A stretch of DNA of 64,000 nucleotides. Source: a virus. The notes under the pieces were generated by a model. That model made no database searches. It was not told where the DNA came from and saw only the letters and a list, made by a program, of their open reading frames with translations. The stretch is taken from the IMG/VR virus record IMGVR_UViG_3300045988_147522, one strand, 5' to 3'. How positions within the stretch are numbered: position 1 is the stretch's first letter; the number at the start of each line of letters is the position of its first letter. A program made the position numbers and the translations under genes. Shown here piece after piece: positions 9,234-18,424 of this stretch.

Positions 9234-9594
9234 AGAGTTAGAAGATACAATCAATTTTTTTACACAAACAACAGAAGATTATCAAAACAATACTGAAAAC
9301 GAATCATTACACGACTACGAAACACAAGATATCTTACATAAACTTGAACTTGAAGATGTGTCGTATCACGACACTGCCAAACTTGGAAAAACCCTAATGA
9401 AAGTTAGAGAGAACCGTAGAAAAGCAAAAGATAGTGTAGAACTTAACGCTCCATTAGCAGAATGGATTCAGTCACATTCTGATGTGTTGAAATCATTACA
9501 GAAAGTTCTTGGAGAGACCAGAAAAATTGAGGACAAACAGCGTAGAAGAATGTATGTCCCAAGAACGAAGATTGTCGAGGAGGTAATTCATTGA
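9211..9594 (+). CDS. hypothetical protein (paralog of previous ORF)
   Basis: ...EWIQSHSDVLKSLQKVLGETRKIEDKQRRRMYVPRTKIVEEVI aligns with the previous ORF. Confidence 0.5.
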   Translation: MTKIKTAKELEDTINFFTQTTEDYQNNTENESLHDYETQDILHKLELEDVSYHDTAKLGKTLMKVRENRRKAKDSVELNAPLAEWIQSHSDVLKSLQKVLGETRKIEDKQRRRMYVPRTKIVEEVIH

Positions 9595-9911
9595 TAAATA
9601 CAGGGTGGGCATTTAAGCCTAATGAGAATGAACTTCACGAAGAAAATCTTGCAATACATAAGAAACTTGCACCGAAAGCAAAATTGATTTGGCTGAACTT
9701 TTACACAAAGAAGTATGATGTTACACAAGATGATTTGCAGAATTATATGTGTTACACGCAGAAGGGATATGGTTACGGTAACATTACATACAAGGTGTTA
9801 AGTAATCCGTTCAATTTCACAGAAGATGAACAGGCTCTGATTTGCGATGGTGGCAATCTTTGTTTTGGTTATCGTAAATTGGGCAACTTAATTACGATTT
9901 ATACAGATTAA
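9591..9911 (+). CDS. hypothetical protein
   Basis: TTG start 7 nt after GAGGAGG, tightly packed with neighbours. Confidence 0.5.
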   Translation: MINTGWAFKPNENELHEENLAIHKKLAPKAKLIWLNFYTKKYDVTQDDLQNYMCYTQKGYGYGNITYKVLSNPFNFTEDEQALICDGGNLCFGYRKLGNLITIYTD

Positions 9912-9923
9912 GGAGAATGATAA

Positions 9924-10262
9924 ATGAACATTGTACAAGTAAGACACATACAGGACAAAAACGCAAAAAGATATACATACAAAGTCCCAGATAATGAATC
10001 TCTTAATAAAGGAGATATGGTTCTAACACGAAATGTTAATGGTAAAGAGAGTGTTGCGATTTGTGTTACAGATAGCGAAAACCTTTCGACTAATGCCATT
10101 GATATGATTATGTGTGGTGCTGAAGTGCTGAGTGAAGTTATTGGCGAGTATAAGTTTTATAAATTTGAGACTAATGACGCAATCCACAAGGAAGATATAT
10201 CAGTACACAACAATCCAGCATTACTTATACATGCAACTCCATTGCCAATTAAGGAGGCATAA
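9924..10262 (+). CDS. hypothetical protein
   Basis: SD AAGGAGAA upstream, co-directional array. Confidence 0.5.
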   Translation: MNIVQVRHIQDKNAKRYTYKVPDNESLNKGDMVLTRNVNGKESVAICVTDSENLSTNAIDMIMCGAEVLSEVIGEYKFYKFETNDAIHKEDISVHNNPALLIHATPLPIKEA

Positions 10263-10301
10263 AAATGACAAATAAAACACGAGTTTTACAGGGGTGATGT
10301 A

Positions 10302-10754
10302 ATGCTTTCAAAACCACATTTCGGTTGGACAGATATTACAATTGGCGATTGGGCAGGCAAATTGAGTTATATAGACGATGTTTCTGTAGTTCTACTGAAT
10401 GCCTTCTACAATGTTTTTAGCAATCAAAAACCCGAAGTTGTATGTTTCGATGCCGAAGGTATCAACTATTGGATTGTGTTTGATTTATTTGACACAATTA
10501 TCGTAACCGAAGATGAAAATTGTCAATACAGTGTAAGTCATCAAGATATCAATATTAAAGAATTGTCTCTGGAACTTTGCAACGATATCCACACTAATTT
10601 AGAAGAATGGGCACATTGGACAGCAGAATATGATTATAACGGTTCTGTCGATTCCGATCATTTCAATCAGTATAAGAAGAGATTATGTTATGATGTTTTT
10701 AACCTATTAGACATCTTGAATAACAAAGATGATGTAACTGAGATTGTTTGTTGA
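10302..10754 (+). CDS. hypothetical acidic protein
   Basis: 150 aa with SD AGGGGTGA upstream. Confidence 0.5.
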   Translation: MLSKPHFGWTDITIGDWAGKLSYIDDVSVVLLNAFYNVFSNQKPEVVCFDAEGINYWIVFDLFDTIIVTEDENCQYSVSHQDINIKELSLELCNDIHTNLEEWAHWTAEYDYNGSVDSDHFNQYKKRLCYDVFNLLDILNNKDDVTEIVC

Positions 10755-10773
10755 AGAAGGTGAAAATACAACA

Positions 10774-10977
10774 ATGAAAATCATCAAACAAGGTAAATCT
10801 GAGTTGCAAATCAAACCATCAAAACCAAATACAATATCCTGTTCAGAATGTGGATGTGTATTTCAATATTGCGATTATGACATACATTATGCCACAAGCA
10901 TAAGTCACGACTGGGAGTGCTGGGAGGAATGGCTTGTTTGTCCTTGGTGTAACATAGAAATTTATGGAATTTTTTAA
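10774..10977 (+). CDS. small zinc-ribbon protein, paralog family member 1
   Basis: MKIIKQGK...CSECGCVF...CPWC. Internal Met of the listed ORF, with SD GAAGGTGAA. Confidence 0.5.
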   Translation: MKIIKQGKSELQIKPSKPNTISCSECGCVFQYCDYDIHYATSISHDWECWEEWLVCPWCNIEIYGIF

Positions 10978-11054
10978 TGTGGACATGAAATTCAAGAATA
11001 TTTTTAAAAGAAAGATTTTAATATGTTGCAAATGCAACGAAAGGAAAGGTCGTA

Positions 11055-11237
11055 ATGACACACAAGAGACTTAGAAAGCTTTTACAAGCAACAGGTATAC
11101 AAAGAAACAATGTAGAAGATGTTATTCGCAAATACCGAGAAGATTATTTTTATACAACAAATGAAGATGTTTACAATCGCTATTGTGTGCGTGAACTGTT
11201 TAGTGTGGTAGTTGAATTTGCAAACAGGAGCGAATGA
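11055..11237 (+). CDS. hypothetical protein
   Basis: 60 aa with SD GAAAGGAAAGG upstream. Confidence 0.45.
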   Translation: MTHKRLRKLLQATGIQRNNVEDVIRKYREDYFYTTNEDVYNRYCVRELFSVVVEFANRSE

Positions 11238-11238
11238 A

Positions 11239-11427
11239 ATGATTCAAATTATTAGACAAGGTAATTTAAAAGAACCTGTATTTAGATTTGTTTGTCGCAA
11301 TTGCGGGTGTGTATTTGAAGCCGACAGAGAAAGCTATAAACAATGTTTTACATCATATAATACATTTATTTTTTCGGCAAATTGTCCTTGTTGTAAAACT
11401 AATGTGAGCTATGAAGAATCATTGTAA
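11239..11427 (+). CDS. small zinc-ribbon protein, paralog family member 2
   Basis: MIQIIRQGNLKEPVFRFVCRNCGCVFEAD...CPCC with SD CAGGAG upstream. Confidence 0.55.
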   Translation: MIQIIRQGNLKEPVFRFVCRNCGCVFEADRESYKQCFTSYNTFIFSANCPCCKTNVSYEESL

Positions 11428-11489
11428 CAGATAGGAGATATATGACACAGAAGGAGTATGACAATGATAATAATGGCAAGGAGTATTAA

Positions 11490-11690
11490 ATGATTCAAGT
11501 TCTCAGAGAAGGCGATCTTAAATCACCAATAATTAGATTTAATTGTCTTAGATGTAAGTGTGTTTTTGACGCAGATAAGGATGACTACAAACTGATAGCA
11601 ACTTCAGGTGGCTTAGCATGTATAACAGATTGTCCGCATTGTCACAAAAGAGTGGCTCATATGATGACAACAGATAGGAGATATATATGA
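11490..11690 (+). CDS. small zinc-ribbon protein, paralog family member 3
   Basis: MIQVLREGDLKSPIIRFNCLRCKCVFDAD...CPHC. Confidence 0.55.
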   Translation: MIQVLREGDLKSPIIRFNCLRCKCVFDADKDDYKLIATSGGLACITDCPHCHKRVAHMMTTDRRYI

Positions 11691-12067
11691 TTTACTATTT
11701 AACAGATAGAACTCTTGCAAGAGCAATTAAGCGTTGCAGTAATGAAAATTACAACTACCTTATTGTCCTTAAAGATAACAAAGATTTTGACGACATGTCT
11801 GTTTCGATTCTCGAACAGGCGATTATGAGCGATACATACTGGGGCACTTCGTCATATTTAACCTATGACCATATTTCTTTTCAAACAGGCACAATCACCA
11901 TCTATAAAGATTCGTTAATTACAAACGATTTTAGGGGCGTTTATGACGAAATACTCGTTGACGAATTGGTAGAAAATAGCAAATGGGAAATCCTTGCCAA
12001 GCATACAAATAGTCACGGTTCATATAAGGAAAAGTATAAGTCAAAGGAGGAGTTCAGTTTTGCATAA
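11687..12067 (+). CDS. hypothetical protein
   Basis: 126 aa. The start overlaps the upstream stop. Confidence 0.5.
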   Translation: MIYYLTDRTLARAIKRCSNENYNYLIVLKDNKDFDDMSVSILEQAIMSDTYWGTSSYLTYDHISFQTGTITIYKDSLITNDFRGVYDEILVDELVENSKWEILAKHTNSHGSYKEKYKSKEEFSFA

Positions 12068-12302
12068 GGATATTGATTATGAGTCCTTACTTCGTTTTGT
12101 ACAGGACAACCCTAACGCCGGTATATCACTGACAATATCAGAGAATGAATTTGACCAAGTAATTGAAACTATTATATCGGCATTGATTACCAATGAAACA
12201 CCACCAACACAATTAGTTAGTTATTTGGAATATAGAACTCATCATATCTACATTGAATTTGTCAACGAAGCAACGCTTAAAATAAACACAATTGAGGGGT
12301 GA
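12060..12302 (+). CDS. hypothetical protein
   Basis: TTG 12060 lies 7 nt after AAGGAGGAG. The listed start at 11994 overlaps the previous gene by 74 nt. Confidence 0.45.
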   Translation: MHKDIDYESLLRFVQDNPNAGISLTISENEFDQVIETIISALITNETPPTQLVSYLEYRTHHIYIEFVNEATLKINTIEG

Positions 12303-12306
12303 TAAA

Positions 12307-12657
12307 ATGAAAAGAAAACCTATCCCTCAACCAGTAAGATTTAAAGTATATGAAAAATACAACGGACATTGTGCATATTGTGGTTGTGAACTTGAACTAA
12401 AGGATATGCAAGTTGACCATATTGAAAGTATTTATTGGTATAACGGTGCAAATGATATTGAAAACTACAATCCTGCTTGCAGAATGTGTAATTTTTATAA
12501 ATCAACAATGCCTATTGAAGATTTTAGAGGACAGTTAGGCAAACTCACTTCAAGACTCGAAAAGACTTTTATTTATCGTTTAGCGAAAAAATATGGTTTA
12601 ATTCAGGAAGTTGAAAAGCCTGTGAAATTTTATTTTGAAAAGGAGAACAACCAATGA
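12307..12657 (+). CDS. HNH endonuclease
   Basis: CAYCGCEL...VDHIESI...NYNPACRMCNFYK. ATG 12307 follows SD GAGGGGTGA. Confidence 0.8.
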   Translation: MKRKPIPQPVRFKVYEKYNGHCAYCGCELELKDMQVDHIESIYWYNGANDIENYNPACRMCNFYKSTMPIEDFRGQLGKLTSRLEKTFIYRLAKKYGLIQEVEKPVKFYFEKENNQ

Positions 12658-12884
12658 ACGACTATAAAACCAGACTTTTATCCGAGCACAAAGAAGTCGT
12701 AGATAAAATCAATAAACTGAGGGTATTTCTTAATAAATGGGACAACGGACAACTTTCGTTTATCCCAAGGCTCTCAAGGGCAAACTATTCAAAAACACTT
12801 GAAGCAATGTGTAATTACAAGATGCTTCTTGAAAGTAGAATGCTGATGGACAAAATATCCTTTAAGGAGGTCGAAAATGTTTAA
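12654..12884 (+). CDS. small helical protein, paralog of 22713-22985
   Basis: KLRVFLNKWDNGQLSFIPRLSRANYSKTLEAMCNYKMLLESR aligns with GLKKMLDNWDKNELAFTPACPRSTYNMQIKAMTDYIAVLEAR. Confidence 0.5.
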   Translation: MNDYKTRLLSEHKEVVDKINKLRVFLNKWDNGQLSFIPRLSRANYSKTLEAMCNYKMLLESRMLMDKISFKEVENV

Positions 12885-13236
12885 ATTTAAGCCATACATA
12901 ACGGTTATTGGGGAAAACGGTTTAACGGTAGATTTTGAGTTGTCACAACTCGGCACCTTTATGGTAAACAATATTGATATTGATAACGGGTTAGTTTGGT
13001 GTAATGAAGTTTATATTGAAACTAAGGCGATTGATTTATCAGTTCTCGAACGCAGAAGTTCTCGTTTTAAGTTATTTGCTAACACTGTTACACAGATTAT
13101 TCTTCATCCTTATAGAGCAAAAAGCAAATCTCTAATCTTACATTTAGACATCGATGCCAGAGTTATACATAATAAAGACACGAACACAATTATTATTTCA
13201 AACTTATCAGATACAAAGGAGGTGGAGAATGGGTAA
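12877..13236 (+). CDS. hypothetical protein
   Basis: 119 aa with SD AAGGAGG upstream. Confidence 0.5.
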   Translation: MFKFKPYITVIGENGLTVDFELSQLGTFMVNNIDIDNGLVWCNEVYIETKAIDLSVLERRSSRFKLFANTVTQIILHPYRAKSKSLILHLDIDARVIHNKDTNTIIISNLSDTKEVENG

Positions 13237-13897
13237 AATCACAATCTTACCAGAAACAACCATTGATCCAATTTCGTTAATGGGTAGACGAGCAGGTATA
13301 TGTTGGGGAAAAGATATTACAGACAGCGAAAAAAACTACAAACGAGGTCTTGATTGTATTAAATCCAATCACGGTAGAGTGTTTGAATTTGTAAATATTG
13401 AAGCAATTATTGAAGGTTACTCAGCAAGAGTAATTAGGGAATGGTATACACATATTGGCGGCAGTCCTACACGACTTCAAAGTAGCACAAGATATGTCAA
13501 CTACGATAACTTTGAATACATAGTCCCCAAAACAGTACAAACCGAAGAACAGAAAACTTGGTACAACAACGCTATTAACACTATCAGCCAAACACTTAAG
13601 AATCTTGAAGAAAGTGGTGTCAAGAGAGAGGATGCTGCAATGTTACTCCCGTTGGGTATGATTACTAAAATTGTAGATAAGCGAAATGTTAGAAGTGTTA
13701 TCAGTATGGCAGAACAGAGAATGTGTTCGAGAGCGTATTGGGAATATAGAGAACTCTTTAATGAATACATAAAGCAGTTAAGACTCTATTCAGAAGAGTG
13801 GGTAACACTAATTCCTATGGTTATGAAGCCAAAATGTGAGACACTTGGATATTGCCCTGAGAAATACAGTTGTGGAAGAAAACTACAGAAGAAGTGA
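13229..13897 (+). CDS. thyX: FAD-dependent thymidylate synthase ThyX-like
   Basis: HGRVFEFVNIEAIIEGYSARVIREWYTH....LQSSTRY corresponds to the ThyX H..lEh / RHR...S.RY core. ATG 13229 follows AAGGAGGTGGAG. Confidence 0.7.
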   Translation: MGKITILPETTIDPISLMGRRAGICWGKDITDSEKNYKRGLDCIKSNHGRVFEFVNIEAIIEGYSARVIREWYTHIGGSPTRLQSSTRYVNYDNFEYIVPKTVQTEEQKTWYNNAINTISQTLKNLEESGVKREDAAMLLPLGMITKIVDKRNVRSVISMAEQRMCSRAYWEYRELFNEYIKQLRLYSEEWVTLIPMVMKPKCETLGYCPEKYSCGRKLQKK

Positions 13898-13970
13898 TAA
13901 ATTGTGGGGAGCAAATATATCCTACTTAATAGTAATCTGTTCCCCAATACATTAATAAAGGAGAGATTAT

Positions 13971-14582
13971 TTGAAAGATTGGACAGGAAATAGTAAAAGT
14001 GTTCATTCCGTTTTAGGAGCTTCTAACCACTCTCTTAAAGAGAGGGGAACAAATGATTATTATGCCACAGAACCTAAAGCTGCTGAACTTCTACTTGAAG
14101 TAGAAGATTTCGCTCTTGATATTTGGGAATGTGCTTGTGGAGAATGCTATTTGTCTAAAGTATTTGAGGCTCACGGTTATAATGTTAAGTCAACAGATTT
14201 GATTTACCGTGACGGAGGAATGTCTGAAACATTCGATTTTTTAGCAGAGTCAAAACCTAATTCGTGGAACGGCAGTATTGTTACAAACCCACCTTATAAA
14301 TATGCTTATGAATTTGTAGAAAAAGCGTTAGATACAGTTACCGAAGGCAACAAAGTGGCAATGTTTCTTAAACTGCAATTTCTTGAGGGCAAAAAAAAAC
14401 GAAGAAAATTATTTGACAGCAATCCGCCACAAACAGTTTATGTATCGAGTTCAAGACTTTTGTGTGCCAAAAATGGAGAATTTGATAAAATGCGAGCAGA
14501 TGGTGGTAGTGCCGTAGCTTATGCTTGGTATGTGTGGCAAAAAGGGTATAAAGGAAACACAATTGTTAAGTGGATTAATTGA
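13971..14582 (+). CDS. DNA methyltransferase (NPPY type, N6-A or N4-C)
   Basis: Motif IV IVTNPPYKY and an AdoMet-binding-like DIWECACGECY. TTG start after AAAGGAGAG. Confidence 0.7.
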   Translation: MKDWTGNSKSVHSVLGASNHSLKERGTNDYYATEPKAAELLLEVEDFALDIWECACGECYLSKVFEAHGYNVKSTDLIYRDGGMSETFDFLAESKPNSWNGSIVTNPPYKYAYEFVEKALDTVTEGNKVAMFLKLQFLEGKKKRRKLFDSNPPQTVYVSSSRLLCAKNGEFDKMRADGGSAVAYAWYVWQKGYKGNTIVKWIN

Positions 14583-14592
14583 GGAGAATGAT

Positions 14593-14790
14593 ATGCGAAT
14601 TATTGTTGATATGATAACAATTATAGTGCTACTGGTATGTGTAGCACTTAACATAGGTGCTACTGTTTACGAACATAAAACTATATATCCAAACAAAAAA
14701 GCATTACAAAACATTTATTGGTACACATACCTTATTGTACTCGTAGATCTTGGTATTATGTGGGGTGCGCAGATAGGAAGTCATTTTTAA
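14593..14790 (+). CDS. small membrane protein (2 TM)
   Basis: MRIIVDMITIIVLLVCVALNIG...YLIVLVDLGIMWGA. ATG follows GAGGAGAA. Confidence 0.5.
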   Translation: MRIIVDMITIIVLLVCVALNIGATVYEHKTIYPNKKALQNIYWYTYLIVLVDLGIMWGAQIGSHF

Positions 14791-14800
14791 GGAGGTATAT

Positions 14801-15073
14801 ATGAAATACATCAAAAAAGCAATACCAATTGAAGCCTTCCAGTATAAAGGCGATTTTATTGAAAATGGGGAATATTGTATTCCTGAATGGGCGATTAAAG
14901 CGTATGAAGATGGCTTGCTTTATTATAAAGATGAAGGAGATTTATATATCCATACGCTTGAAGGTGAAATGAAATGCAGTTTTAACAGCTACATAGTTCA
15001 GGGTGTAAGAGGTGAGATTTTTCCTTGTAGACAGAACATTTTTGAGAAAAGATATATGAAGGTGGAAGAATGA
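14801..15073 (+). CDS. hypothetical protein
   Basis: 90 aa with SD AAGGAGG upstream. Confidence 0.5.
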   Translation: MKYIKKAIPIEAFQYKGDFIENGEYCIPEWAIKAYEDGLLYYKDEGDLYIHTLEGEMKCSFNSYIVQGVRGEIFPCRQNIFEKRYMKVEE

Positions 15074-15315
15074 AGAAAAGAATATCTGCTTGTGTTGTAA
15101 TTATTATTATGATTTCGGTATTATTTAGTGGTTGTGCATCTATCAAAGCATCAATTAAAACCAGCGATATGTTTGAATACATAGGGTATAGTCCAGAAGC
15201 CAACTCTGAAATTGTCTATGATACAGAAACTAAAGTTATGTACGCTGTTCTTAGTAACAGATGTATGACTTTGCTCGTTGATGAAAACGGTAAGCCAAAA
15301 CTTTGGAAAGAATAA
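15070..15315 (+). CDS. small lipoprotein
   Basis: Signal peptide plus lipobox VLFSGC. Confidence 0.55.
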   Translation: MKKRISACVVIIIMISVLFSGCASIKASIKTSDMFEYIGYSPEANSEIVYDTETKVMYAVLSNRCMTLLVDENGKPKLWKE

Positions 15316-15348
15316 AATTTAGGATTTAAAAGGAAAGAGGTGAAATAT

Positions 15349-16041
15349 ATGTTTTACATTACTGGTGATTTACATGGTGAATATGACATACATAAACTGA
15401 GTTCTAAACGATTTCCAATGGGCAACAATCTAACACGAGATGATTACCTAATTATTTGTGGTGACTTTGGTTTAGTATGGAACAATGGAAATTCTGAAGT
15501 GTATTGGCGAGATTGGCTTAATAATAAACCGTGGACAACCTTGTTTGTAGATGGTAACCACGAAAAATTCCCTTTGCTGAATCATTATCCTATAACTACA
15601 AAGTGGGGTGGAAAAGTGCATCAGATTGAAGATAATATTTATCATCTAATGCGTGGACAAGTATTTGAAATTGATAGCAAAACATTTTTTACAATGGGCG
15701 GTGCATCGAGCCACGATATACAGTATCGCACAAAGAATGTTGATTGGTGGGAAGAAGAACTACCCAATGAAGCTGAAATGCAGGAAGGGTTGGCAAATCT
15801 TGATAAGTATAACTGGAAGGTAGACTGTGTAATTACGCACTGTGCTCCAACCGAATTTATCGCCAGTTGTATCAATATGAGGTACAGTCCAGACACTTTA
15901 ACCGAATACCTACAGCACATTGATGACAAGTTGGATTATAAACATTGGTATATGGGACATTATCACCTTGATGTTGCATTTGGTTCGGATTCAGAAAAGC
16001 AAAAGCATATTTTGTATAACTATGTGGATATGATTGATTAA
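15349..16041 (+). CDS. calcineurin-like metallophosphoesterase
   Basis: GDLHGE, GDFG, DGNHE, ITHCAP, GHYH motifs. Confidence 0.75.
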   Translation: MFYITGDLHGEYDIHKLSSKRFPMGNNLTRDDYLIICGDFGLVWNNGNSEVYWRDWLNNKPWTTLFVDGNHEKFPLLNHYPITTKWGGKVHQIEDNIYHLMRGQVFEIDSKTFFTMGGASSHDIQYRTKNVDWWEEELPNEAEMQEGLANLDKYNWKVDCVITHCAPTEFIASCINMRYSPDTLTEYLQHIDDKLDYKHWYMGHYHLDVAFGSDSEKQKHILYNYVDMID

Positions 16042-16062
16042 TATAGAAAGGACGACAAATAT

Positions 16063-16212
16063 ATGGGAATAGTAGTTTACCTTATATCGCTTTATTTATT
16101 AAACGCAAATGGGACTATAGCACCTGAATCATATTTGTTTTCAGTATGGTGCTTTACTATTGTAGGTGTGATAGTAGATATAATTTTCAGCAGTTTTAAG
16201 AGTCTTGAATAA
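16063..16212 (+). CDS. 49-aa hydrophobic peptide (below the ORF-track cutoff)
   Basis: MGIVVYLISLYLL...FSVWCFTIVGVIVDIIFSSF fills an otherwise empty 190-nt gap. SD-like AAAGGA upstream. Confidence 0.35.
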   Translation: MGIVVYLISLYLLNANGTIAPESYLFSVWCFTIVGVIVDIIFSSFKSLE

Positions 16213-16235
16213 AAAATAATTAAGGAGAATTAAAT

Positions 16236-16661
16236 ATGGAAATTAAAATTAAATACTTTACAGACATCGAAAAGATTAAACAAATTCCAAACGGAGATTG
16301 GGTTGACTTAAGGTCGGCTATTGATATTACACTCAAAAAGGGTGAGTTTACTATTATTCCACTCGGAGTAGGAATGAAGTTGCCGTTTGGCTACGAGGCT
16401 CACATTGTACCAAGAAGTAGCACTTACAAGAATTATGGCATTATTCAGACAAATCACATGGGAGTAATTGACAACTCCTATTCGGGCGATAACGACCAAT
16501 GGGGTATGCCCGTAATTGCAATGAGAGATACAACCATACATAAAAACGATAGGATTTGTCAGTTTCGCATCACACAGAAACAGCCTGATTTTGAGTTTAC
16601 AGAAGTAGAATGTCTTGACACAAAAAGCCGTGGTGGCTTTGGCTCAACAGGCAAGCAGTAA
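16236..16661 (+). CDS. dut: dUTP diphosphatase (trimeric type)
   Basis: [21 protein letters not shown] and C-terminal SRGGFGSTG motifs. Confidence 0.85.
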   Translation: MEIKIKYFTDIEKIKQIPNGDWVDLRSAIDITLKKGEFTIIPLGVGMKLPFGYEAHIVPRSSTYKNYGIIQTNHMGVIDNSYSGDNDQWGMPVIAMRDTTIHKNDRICQFRITQKQPDFEFTEVECLDTKSRGGFGSTGKQ

Positions 16662-16673
16662 GGAGGAATAACT

Positions 16674-17030
16674 GTGATTACATATAATGATTTTGAAAGA
16701 TATCTTGCCAAAATTCAAAGAATCCATGAACTTGAAGATAAGATTTTGAATCTTGGTGACGAGTATAGTGATTTGGTTTTAGAGTATGTGTCGCCATTTG
16801 CATATCATGGCGTAACTATGGAAGATGAACTTATTGACTGTCTCGAAAAAGGTTTAAACCTTAAGCCTGATGAATACGGTGACACTTGGGTATCATATTG
16901 GGTTTGGGAGACAGATTGTGGTCAAAGAAATACAATTGTAGAAATTGACAATAAAGAAGTAAGCATTGCAGAAATTGCTAACTTGTGGAAAGTTATCGAA
17001 TGGGAAAAGTCGGGAGAATTGAATGAATAA
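16674..17030 (+). CDS. hypothetical protein
   Basis: GTG start after AAGGAGGAA. Confidence 0.5.
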   Translation: MITYNDFERYLAKIQRIHELEDKILNLGDEYSDLVLEYVSPFAYHGVTMEDELIDCLEKGLNLKPDEYGDTWVSYWVWETDCGQRNTIVEIDNKEVSIAEIANLWKVIEWEKSGELNE

Positions 17031-17640
17031 ACAAACGATTGTAGTTAATCTTTATGGTCAGCCTTCCTGTGGTAAATCCACAGGGGCTGCTTATATATTT
17101 AGTCAGTTGAAAATGAGGGGTATTGACACGGAACTTGTAACCGAAACGGCTAAAGATATAGTATGGGAGCATAATGATACTGCCTTAACTAACCAATTAT
17201 ATATACTTGGCTTACACTCACAAAGATTTTGGAGACTGAGAAATCAGGTTAGAGTAATTGTAACTGACTCACCAATCCTGTTGACCGAAATTTATAACGC
17301 ATTTGAAAAGTGTGGTTTTTACCCCTCAAAATCCATTGAAAAGTGTGTAAATGATACCGCCGAAGCGTTTAGTTCTCTCTTTGATAACTTAAATTTCTTT
17401 GTTAAGTCTGCTAAAAAATATAATCCAAATGGTAGATTACAAACCGAAATTGAAGCAAATAATATAGGTACACGAATTGAATCAATGCTAATTGACAAGA
17501 ATATCCCATATGAAATTATCAAAGGTAACCAAAAGGGGTACGATAAAGCCGTACAACTAATTGTGGATTACATTGACCGAGAGGACAAAATGGATGCTAT
17601 TAAAGAGGATAGAGAAAGGAACGGATTGAATGTTGTTTGA
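17023..17640 (+). CDS. P-loop NTPase / nucleotide kinase-like
   Basis: Walker A GQPSCGKST and Walker B-like VIVTDSP. Confidence 0.55.
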   Translation: MNKQTIVVNLYGQPSCGKSTGAAYIFSQLKMRGIDTELVTETAKDIVWEHNDTALTNQLYILGLHSQRFWRLRNQVRVIVTDSPILLTEIYNAFEKCGFYPSKSIEKCVNDTAEAFSSLFDNLNFFVKSAKKYNPNGRLQTEIEANNIGTRIESMLIDKNIPYEIIKGNQKGYDKAVQLIVDYIDREDKMDAIKEDRERNGLNVV

Positions 17641-17797
17641 GGTTTATAAAGACGGACAAGGCAAATTTATGTGTAGTGATACAAGCTGTTTGCCAACAGA
17701 AAATCAGCTTAAAAGCATGAACAAAAATGGGTATGAATTTAAGTTGAACGGTAAGAAAGCAACGCTAAAAAGTGTATTGAAATTAATTGGAAAGTAA
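17630..17797 (+). CDS. 55-aa hypothetical protein (below the ORF-track cutoff)
   Basis: MLFEVYKDGQGKFMCSDTSCLPTENQLKSMNKNGYEFKLNGKK... The start overlaps the upstream stop. Confidence 0.35.
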   Translation: MLFEVYKDGQGKFMCSDTSCLPTENQLKSMNKNGYEFKLNGKKATLKSVLKLIGK

Positions 17798-17840
17798 ATA
17801 GAGATAATAACAATTTAATATTAGTTAGGTAGGTGTTCAT

Positions 17841-18038
17841 ATGAAACCAATGCTTACTCCAAAGGATATTATGGAAATTTTTGGTGTCAGTAAAAACACT
17901 GCGTATAAAATGGTTAGACAAAAAGGCTTTCCTTCGATTAAGGTGGGGAATAGGTATGTTGTTAGAGAAAGTTCCCTTGAGAAATGGATTGAAACGAACG
18001 AAGGTCGAGAATTTATTTTACTTGAAAGAAAAATTTGA
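17841..18038 (+). CDS. xis: excisionase-family helix-turn-helix DNA-binding protein
   Basis: LTPKDIMEIFGVSKNTAYKMVRQKGFPSIKVGNRYVVRESSLEKWIE, next to attP and int. Confidence 0.65.
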   Translation: MKPMLTPKDIMEIFGVSKNTAYKMVRQKGFPSIKVGNRYVVRESSLEKWIETNEGREFILLERKI

Positions 18039-18077
18039 AATTACAAAAAATTTTACCATAAATTTTTTCAAAAACTC

Positions 18078-18106
18078 TTGACTTTATTCGCTCCATCCGT
18101 TATAAT
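18078..18106 (+). promoter_or_regulatory. consensus sigma-A-type promoter P1 (TTGACT-17-TATAAT)
   Basis: TTGACT 18078-18083, a 17-nt spacer and TATAAT 18101-18106, followed by AGTCACTGTTG as at 40037. Confidence 0.6.
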
Positions 18107-18148
18107 AGTCACTGTTGAGTTGAGAACAGACAACATTTTCAAAGTCAC

Positions 18149-18172
18149 AACTGTTGTCAAACTGTTGTCAAA
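18149..18172. repeat. two tandem ACTGTTGTCAAA arm-type repeats (left arm of attP)
   Basis: aACTGTTGTCAA/ACTGTTGTCAAA direct repeats. The same motif recurs at 18424-18449 and inverted at 18462-18475. Confidence 0.6.
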
Positions 18173-18229
18173 TTCAAATTTTGAATTCAAAAAATGTAGT
18201 GTTTAAGCCAAAAGTAGACACTTCGACTA

Positions 18230-18279
18230 ACTGCCTTCTAAGCAGTAGGTCAGGGGTTCGAGTCCCTTTTGGCGCGCCA
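18230..18279 (+). other. 3' two-thirds of a tRNA-Arg(UCU) gene, probable attP core
   Basis: Anticodon stem ACTGC/GCAGT with loop CTTCTAA (UCU), variable AGGTC, T arm AGGGG-TTCGAGT-CCCTT, acceptor 3' strand TTGGCGC, then G and CCA. The upstream 30 nt do not form a D arm or a full acceptor stem. Confidence 0.55.
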
Positions 18280-18292
18280 ACCTAACAAATTA

Positions 18293-18347
18293 GAAAACCC
18301 TTGAAAAGTGGCTTAAATAGTGGCTTTTTGAGGGTTTTCTTGTTTTT
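18293..18347 (+). terminator. intrinsic terminator after the tRNA fragment
   Basis: GAAAACCCT...AGGGTTTTC 9-bp stem followed by TTGTTTTT. Confidence 0.55.
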
Positions 18348-18394
18348 GTCATTATACATAGCCTCGTTCACAGCGTGGCAAAACCTACTTGTTT

Positions 18395-18424
18395 TACCAA
18401 GTAGTACCAAGTAATACCAAATAA
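18395..18424. repeat. three helically phased 10-bp repeats TACCAAGTA(G/A)
   Basis: taccaagtag taccaagtaa taccaaataa in tandem. Confidence 0.6.

Noticed and set aside
17881-18081. 66-aa alternative-frame ORF overlapping the Xis-like gene.
   Set aside because: The overlapping frame at 17841-18038 gives a clean excisionase-type HTH, so this frame is a by-product.
18205-18279. A complete phage-encoded tRNA gene.
   Set aside because: Only the anticodon arm, T arm and 3' acceptor strand fold. The 5' region gives at most 5 acceptor base pairs and no D arm with the conserved GG. It is better explained as the attP core.
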